The notes under the pieces were generated by a model that ran no database searches, had not been told where the DNA came from, and saw only the letters and a program-made list of their open reading frames with translations. DNA of 64,000 bases from Myxococcota bacterium (GTDB taxonomy: Bacteria > Myxococcota_A > Bradymonadia > UBA4248): positions 3,301 through 67,300 of the forward strand of contig JAZUKH010000279.1 in NCBI GenBank assembly GCA_045643185.1, read 5' to 3'. Of this stretch, positions 58,898 to 64,000 are shown one piece after another (position 1 is the first letter of the stretch; every line of letters begins with the position of its first letter). Made by a program: the position numbers and the translations under genes.

Positions 58898-59683
58898 TTA
58901 GTCGACGCAACGCGTCGAAGTTTTAGGTCCCATATAAAGATTGTCGAAATATACCTCTGCTTTGGCCAACGGCATATCCGCTGAGTGAAGGTCATACCGC
59001 GCCTCGAACAAAACGCGCAATTTGGCATTCTTCGTCGGCGTGTATTGCCAGTTCTCCTGAAAATCTCGCCGCGGATTAGCCACAAAACGCGTCCATTGAC
59101 CGATCTTAGGCTTATCGGCTCGCGGCTTTTCGAGAAACAGATACTGCGCATTACTGATGTTGAGCGGTGGAGTTTTGGAACCCGAAATTATATACCGAAG
59201 CTGGGCCTGCCCCTGTTTGGGTCCGAGAGAATGCGTAAGATCGATCACAACGAGCTGCAAATACTGTTTCCAAGGGCCATTATCCCAATCTTCAACATAG
59301 TAATAGCCTTCAATGCACTCGGGAATATCGTCAAACAACACCGGTTCCTGAACAGCCCCCCACACGGTCGTCTCACGATGATCTGAAACGACAGAAAAAT
59401 GAATCGAACCGTCGCCCTCATAGGCATGCTTCGTATCGTGCGAAAATCCAGACCAACCTTTTGACCAATCAAGCCACGTCCAACCGTTGGTGCCCTGCTC
59501 AAAACCCGCATTCACCAACAGATTCTCTTTCTCAAAAATCGGCTTGCCCCCCCGCATTGCGGCGTTTTCGGCCGTACCAACAATATCATCCACGCCATCC
59601 TGGACCGCGCCACGCTGACAGCCCAAAGCCATCCCGGCGATCACAAGGACAAAAAAAACACAAATGATCTGTTTCAACCGCAT
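58898..59683 (-). CDS. Hypothetical lipoprotein (261 aa)
   Basis: MRLKQIICVFFVLVIAGMALGCQ lipobox; Trp-rich. Confidence 0.45.
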   Translation of the reverse strand: MRLKQIICVFFVLVIAGMALGCQRGAVQDGVDDIVGTAENAAMRGGKPIFEKENLLVNAGFEQGTNGWTWLDWSKGWSGFSHDTKHAYEGDGSIHFSVVSDHRETTVWGAVQEPVLFDDIPECIEGYYYVEDWDNGPWKQYLQLVVIDLTHSLGPKQGQAQLRYIISGSKTPPLNISNAQYLFLEKPRADKPKIGQWTRFVANPRRDFQENWQYTPTKNAKLRVLFEARYDLHSADMPLAKAEVYFDNLYMGPKTSTRCVD

Positions 59684-59701
59684 CGTACTCTCCCGATCAC
59701 A

Positions 59702-60241
59702 TCAAGAAAGGTTGCCGGAACGCATCGCAAGCGTCTCAAGACGCCACGACGAATGATCGCGTTGCATGGAAGGCTGTTTGGCAAGCCACGCCAAATAATG
59801 ACTCAAATGATCTAGTTCCGTATCGTTGACATCTCCTCGCCACGTACGAATGATGATCCCATTCTGCGGCGTTTTCGAAAAAACGCTCGGTGTATTATCG
59901 ATGATCGCGATCTGCGTCAGATCATCGCAGATCCTGCGCAGAGGTTTCTCGTACGGTTCGATTTCAGAACGATCCGTTCGAACACAAAAATCACGTCCCC
60001 AAAGCGTCATATCCTTAATATCAAGATATTCCGCAATCGTCTCAAGATAAGGCTGACGCCCCGTAGACCAGATCCAGCACTCAAAGTGCTTGGCAACATA
60101 CGCCACAAACTGTCGCACCCCAGGCCTGAAACTCGTATAAAACTTCATACCGTCTGCACTCAATTCCACACACTCTGGGCAAAACGGCTCCGTAGAAGAA
60201 CAGATCAGTGTTTCATCAAGGTCCAAAACGAGTTTTTTCAT
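59702..60241 (-). CDS. HAD-superfamily NIF/FCP1-like (CTD-phosphatase-like) phosphatase
   Basis: LVLDLDETLICS, the DxDxT motif in the FCP1/NLI-interacting-factor context. Size (about 180 aa) and downstream K/D motifs fit the NIF domain. Confidence 0.6.
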   Translation of the reverse strand: MKKLVLDLDETLICSSTEPFCPECVELSADGMKFYTSFRPGVRQFVAYVAKHFECWIWSTGRQPYLETIAEYLDIKDMTLWGRDFCVRTDRSEIEPYEKPLRRICDDLTQIAIIDNTPSVFSKTPQNGIIIRTWRGDVNDTELDHLSHYLAWLAKQPSMQRDHSSWRLETLAMRSGNLS

Positions 60242-60523
60242 GCGATTTTCCCAATATATCCTATTCTTATGACCTAAAAATCATCTCACTTTTTCACGAA
60301 AACGCGCGTGCGTCAACGAATTTGCGTCATTTGAAGCCAAAATCCTCGCCCCATGATGCATTTTTTCGCGAACAAACACCGCCAACGCCAGTTCAAACGT
60401 GTTATTTTGATATGTGACCACGGGCTATTCGCTCACGCGAATACGCCCGTGGGCGCGGGCTATCCGCTTACGCGAATACGCCCGACGCTGCCATTCCATA
60501 CTTGTTGAGCGCCTTTCGGCGAC

Positions 60524-61174
60524 ATGACTATGCTTCCAAAAACTTTGTTTTATGCCATCCTGCGACTCGCACTGACTGGGCTTGCCTGTTTCACAACGCT
60601 GACGCTGCCTCGACCGGTCCTGGCTCAAACGTCGTTATCCACTTCATGCAATGCGCAAACGACATTCCGCGAAGGCACCAAACTCATTTACCAAAACATG
60701 GATTCCCGTCACCCGGAGCGCCTCGAGATCACGATCCTCGAGCGTTGGCAAAACGGCATGACCTGGCATTATGCCTATTACGATCGCAACTCGCTCGACG
60801 CAGAGGGCATCGACACTGTTCCCTCGCTCGACCTCTGTGAAAGCGTCGCCCCCTGGATGATCCCGAATGATGACATCGACCGTTCGTGCGACTTCTGGTT
60901 CTCAAAAACGCAACTCCGTGCCCTGAAAAGTTCGCTCAAGACTTTCTTTTATACGGATCGTGAGTCCACACGGGGATTCACGCGCCTCGAATCTCCCCGA
61001 AAAATTCAATATCCTCTCACCGTTGATGGCCACGAGATCACCTGGTCAGCCATACAGGCTCAAACCGCGCGCCATGAAACTTTTATTATTCTCGATGATG
61101 ACGAGGCTCCGCTCATTCTCACCTCATCCGAAGCCAGTTTGCAACTCACTGAAATTATCCATACAAAAAAATAG
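60524..61174 (+). CDS. Hypothetical secreted protein (216 aa)
   Basis: Signal peptide …ALTGLACFTTLTLPRPVLAQ. Confidence 0.4.
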   Translation: MTMLPKTLFYAILRLALTGLACFTTLTLPRPVLAQTSLSTSCNAQTTFREGTKLIYQNMDSRHPERLEITILERWQNGMTWHYAYYDRNSLDAEGIDTVPSLDLCESVAPWMIPNDDIDRSCDFWFSKTQLRALKSSLKTFFYTDRESTRGFTRLESPRKIQYPLTVDGHEITWSAIQAQTARHETFIILDDDEAPLILTSSEASLQLTEIIHTKK

Positions 61175-61285
61175 TTGACGACGGCCGCAACTCCGCCTAA
61201 AAGCGCGCGCAAATTTTTCCGCCCCCCACGGGCATAGACTGGAATTCATGCCCAATTTGGGCCTTTCAGGGATAGAGAAATCACT

Positions 61286-61705
61286 ATGTATTTAACGCAA
61301 GAACAACTTACTCAAATCAGAAAATCCATTGCAGAACAACGTCAAGAAATACTTGGCAAACTCAATCAGCGCAATGACGAAGCTTATGAGCCCGATACGC
61401 GCGGTGACGAAGCGGATATCGCCAATTCAGAAAGCATCGTCCTTACGATGGAACGCCTCCAGGAACGCGACATGCGTCTGCTCAAAAAACTCGACGAAGC
61501 GCTCCGCTGGATGGAATCTGATGACTTTGGTTATTGCGAATCCTGCGGCGAAGAGATCGGCTTCAACCGTCTGTTGGCACGTCCTGCCGCACGTCAGTGC
61601 CTCGAATGCAAGCAAAATGAAGAACAGCGTGAACGCGGCTACTATCATCCGCGTCCTCACCGTCCCTCATCTAAAAAAATGAACTCCGAAGAAGAAGAGG
61701 ATTGA
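61286..61705 (+). CDS. DksA/TraR-family C4 zinc-finger protein
   Basis: N-terminal coiled coil plus CESCGEEIGFNRLLARPAARQCLEC (CxxC-N17-CxxC). Confidence 0.7.
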   Translation: MYLTQEQLTQIRKSIAEQRQEILGKLNQRNDEAYEPDTRGDEADIANSESIVLTMERLQERDMRLLKKLDEALRWMESDDFGYCESCGEEIGFNRLLARPAARQCLECKQNEEQRERGYYHPRPHRPSSKKMNSEEEED

Positions 61706-61722
61706 TCCTTTCAAACAAAAAA

Positions 61723-61745
61723 GGCGCCAAATGGCGCCTTTTTTT
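61723..61745. terminator. Bidirectional rho-independent terminator between convergent genes
   Basis: ggcgccaaatggcgcc flanked by A-run and T-run. Confidence 0.65.
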
Positions 61746-61794
61746 GTTGTTTCGACGTAACAGCTCAGCCGAGACTTTTGGCATCCGCTCTGAA

Positions 61795-63231
61795 CTACAC
61801 GGATGAATCCGTTTGACGTTCGGCATTGAGCTGCGGTCCCAACGCCAGCAAAAGCGCCATACCTGGCAAACCAGCCACGGCGGTCACGCAAAAAAAGACC
61901 TGCCAGTTAGAAGCATCCACGATGTAACCACCGACCGACGAGATCGCCGTGCGTCCGACACTAGAAAGGGCCGAAAACAGTGCATACTGCGTTGCCGTAA
62001 ACTCCACATGGCACAAACTGGCCATAAATGCGACGAACGCTGCGGTTCCCATACCGCCAGTAACATTCTCGACAGCGATGGCCACGATCAACGCGGGAAT
62101 GCTATGTCCCATGCCAGCCAACCACACGAACACGAAGTTCGAGAGCAGCTGCAAAGAGCCGCAGATCAACAAAGCTTTAGCCATCGAATACTTTTTGACG
62201 ACGAGACCGCCCAACGCAGTGCCGACCAAAACAGCACCAAAACCAAAAACCTTGCTAATGGCCGCGATCTCTGGCTTGGTAAAGCCAATACTCAAATAAA
62301 ACGGCATGGACAGATTACCGGCCATAGCATCACCGAGTTTATACAGTGCAATGAAGAGCAAGATCGACAAGGCTGTTTTGACGCCACGCGTGACAAAAAA
62401 GTCTTTCAACGGCGCAACCACAGCCTTGCAGAACATTTCGACCAGCTTCGTCTTGAAGCTTTTGTCGACAACCACAGCCTTTTCGCCTTCAGACACGCTC
62501 TCTTGCGATTCAACGTCATTGGATACGGCGTTTTCGCAATCATCCCCAGTCTTGTCCGTAAAGTCCTTGTCAGCCGACTCCGCCTGTTGTTTTGCCAAAG
62601 CCTGTTCGACGCCAGCCAGGCCTCTGATCGCCAGGCCTAACGGCATAAAAGCGGCCATGACGAGTATCGCGACCACATAAACCAGGTGCCACGGAAAGAA
62701 ATGAGCAAGCATCAACGCACCGGCCCCCGCCAGCAACATACCTACGCGATACCCTGCCACGTACATGGCTGCACCGGCGCCCTGATCTTCCGTTTTGAGC
62801 ATTTCAACACGCAACGCGTCAATGATGATATCTTGCGTCGCCGAAAAGAACGAGGTCAAAAGCGCAAACACGCCCAGCCAAACCAGCTGACTATTTGGAT
62901 CTAGGACAGCCAAACCGAGCAAACTGCCGATCAACCCAAGTTGAGACAGCCACAACCAGATGCGGCGATGCGTCAAATGCGTTTTGCCCAATTTGATGGC
63001 ATCGACCAATGGCGCCCACAAAAACTTAAACGTATAGGGCAGACCAACGAGGGCAAACATGCCGATAAGTCCAATGTCGACGCCGTTTTCCTGCATACGG
63101 GCAGCCAACGTCGACCCTGTGAGAAGCAAAGGAAAGCCGCTTGCCATCCCCAACCCGAGTACAATGAGCATCGGTAGCTGGAAATAGACTTTCAGTGTCT
63201 CAATAAAACCAGGTTTTTGGGAGCCATCCAT
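61795..63231 (-). CDS. ampG: MFS transporter, AmpG-like muropeptide permease family, with a large hydrophilic loop
   Basis: FPLLLTGSTLAARMQENGVDIGLIGMFALVGLPYTFKFLWAPLVD, an AmpG signature region. 12-14 TM helices. Confidence 0.6.
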   Translation of the reverse strand: MDGSQKPGFIETLKVYFQLPMLIVLGLGMASGFPLLLTGSTLAARMQENGVDIGLIGMFALVGLPYTFKFLWAPLVDAIKLGKTHLTHRRIWLWLSQLGLIGSLLGLAVLDPNSQLVWLGVFALLTSFFSATQDIIIDALRVEMLKTEDQGAGAAMYVAGYRVGMLLAGAGALMLAHFFPWHLVYVVAILVMAAFMPLGLAIRGLAGVEQALAKQQAESADKDFTDKTGDDCENAVSNDVESQESVSEGEKAVVVDKSFKTKLVEMFCKAVVAPLKDFFVTRGVKTALSILLFIALYKLGDAMAGNLSMPFYLSIGFTKPEIAAISKVFGFGAVLVGTALGGLVVKKYSMAKALLICGSLQLLSNFVFVWLAGMGHSIPALIVAIAVENVTGGMGTAAFVAFMASLCHVEFTATQYALFSALSSVGRTAISSVGGYIVDASNWQVFFCVTAVAGLPGMALLLALGPQLNAERQTDSSV

Positions 63232-63252
63232 GGCGTATATATCCTTCTTGGA

Positions 63253-63897
63253 TTAGAGAAGCCCGGTCCCCACATCACCGCAGCAACGGAAACCCATACT
63301 TCCCGTGATACTGATGCGTGAGGGATCTTTGACCTGTTTGGCAGAACCACCGCAGGAAAGTTCAGAGGATTCCGAGTTGAAGGAACCTCCCATGATCCAG
63401 GCAGAGCCGTTAAACGAGTCATCCTGGACCCATTCACTGGCGTTACCGCTCATGTCATAGACGCCCTGCGGCGTTTTACAGGACTGATTCTGCCCTGACA
63501 ATTGAAGCACGCCTGAGTCGTTGCATTTGCCTTTGGCAAAATCATTGCCATACGGATAGTCACCGCCAGCAGAACACGCGGCGAGCCATTCTGACTTGGT
63601 GCAAAGATGCTTATTGGCGTCAAGACAGGCGTTGATCGCATCTTCAAACGTCACATTCGTCCATGGCACCGTGCTCGCATAGCTGCAAGCCAGCGTAATT
63701 CCATTCCCCGCAGTCTCGGCCGTAGCATTGGAACGCGACGCTTCGCAGGCATCGATCATAAAATCATAGCCAGTGGCGCTGTTCGCAATTTTTACCATAG
63801 CAGTCTCGTTTGATTCACACCAGGTATCCCCGAAATCACAGGCTGTCGAAAAAACGGCCAAACAGGTCAATAACAAAGCAAATGTTGTATGTTTCAT
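63253..63897 (-). CDS. Lipoprotein with formylglycine-generating-enzyme (FGE/SUMF1)-like domain
   Basis: Lipobox AVFSTAC. C-terminal MSGNASEWVQDD…GGSF…GFRCC (FGE-sulfatase signature). RBS agga lies before the ATG at 63897; the 63996 start in the ORF track is an extension. Confidence 0.55.
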   Translation of the reverse strand: MKHTTFALLLTCLAVFSTACDFGDTWCESNETAMVKIANSATGYDFMIDACEASRSNATAETAGNGITLACSYASTVPWTNVTFEDAINACLDANKHLCTKSEWLAACSAGGDYPYGNDFAKGKCNDSGVLQLSGQNQSCKTPQGVYDMSGNASEWVQDDSFNGSAWIMGGSFNSESSELSCGGSAKQVKDPSRISITGSMGFRCCGDVGTGLL

Positions 63898-64000
63898 AAC
63901 TTTATCCTGCCGATTGGGCGTTAACGGCGCAAAGCGCCTGAATTGACTAAACCACTTCGAATAGACTTTTACCAATAAAGAACTGATCTTTGACATTGAG

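Overview
This 64 kb window is chromosomal DNA from a Gram-negative bacterium with roughly 50% GC. Lipoprotein and outer-membrane signals, a GspG-like pseudopilin and an AmpG-like transporter support the Gram-negative call. The gene content (Ser/Thr kinase, a sigma-54-activator-like protein, DUF1844, Myxococcales-type Cys-rich repeats, FG-GAP propellers) suggests a deltaproteobacteria-like lineage such as Bdellovibrionota, Myxococcota or Oligoflexia; this is inference only. Recognisable housekeeping genes are glgA, glmS, dut, thiL, smpB, a cold-shock protein, a standalone rplC, uvrC, the gap-pgk-tpiA glycolytic operon, two RlmI-like rRNA methyltransferases (one fused to an RluA-type pseudouridine synthase), a ManA-like isomerase, a GT4 glycosyltransferase and an MBOAT/DltD-like acyltransferase pair. 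Accessory content stands out in five places:
- Two paralogous lipoproteins of about 1000 aa (13456..16422 and 35080..38103). Each combines tandem 4-Cys modules, a 7-blade FG-GAP-like propeller and an Ig/CARDB-like tail. A divergently transcribed small Cys-rich secreted protein sits next to the first one.
- A three-gene cluster on the minus strand (42672..47292). It encodes a double-SH3b plus C39-like cysteine peptidase, a lipoprotein with heptad MPSxLGA repeats, and a calpain-like (C2) cysteine protease. Neither protease has a signal peptide and both have disordered N-termini. A 147-bp tandem repeat array of about 2.7 copies lies upstream, and each unit carries a 20-bp palindrome.
- A membrane protein (25532..28525) with an unusual N-TM, PDZ, polytopic-TM, degenerate sigma-54-activator AAA+ domain, Fis-HTH architecture.
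- A single-gene AAA-ATPase_like/PDDEXK nuclease-family protein (29221..30798).
- A mosaic family of GC-rich palindromic intergenic repeats present at nine or more loci. All copies share a one-base bulge in the core hairpin. A second, 58-bp hairpin repeat occurs twice.
No rRNA, tRNA or CRISPR was found. All functional calls rest on motif-level recognition in the supplied translations; no database search was possible.
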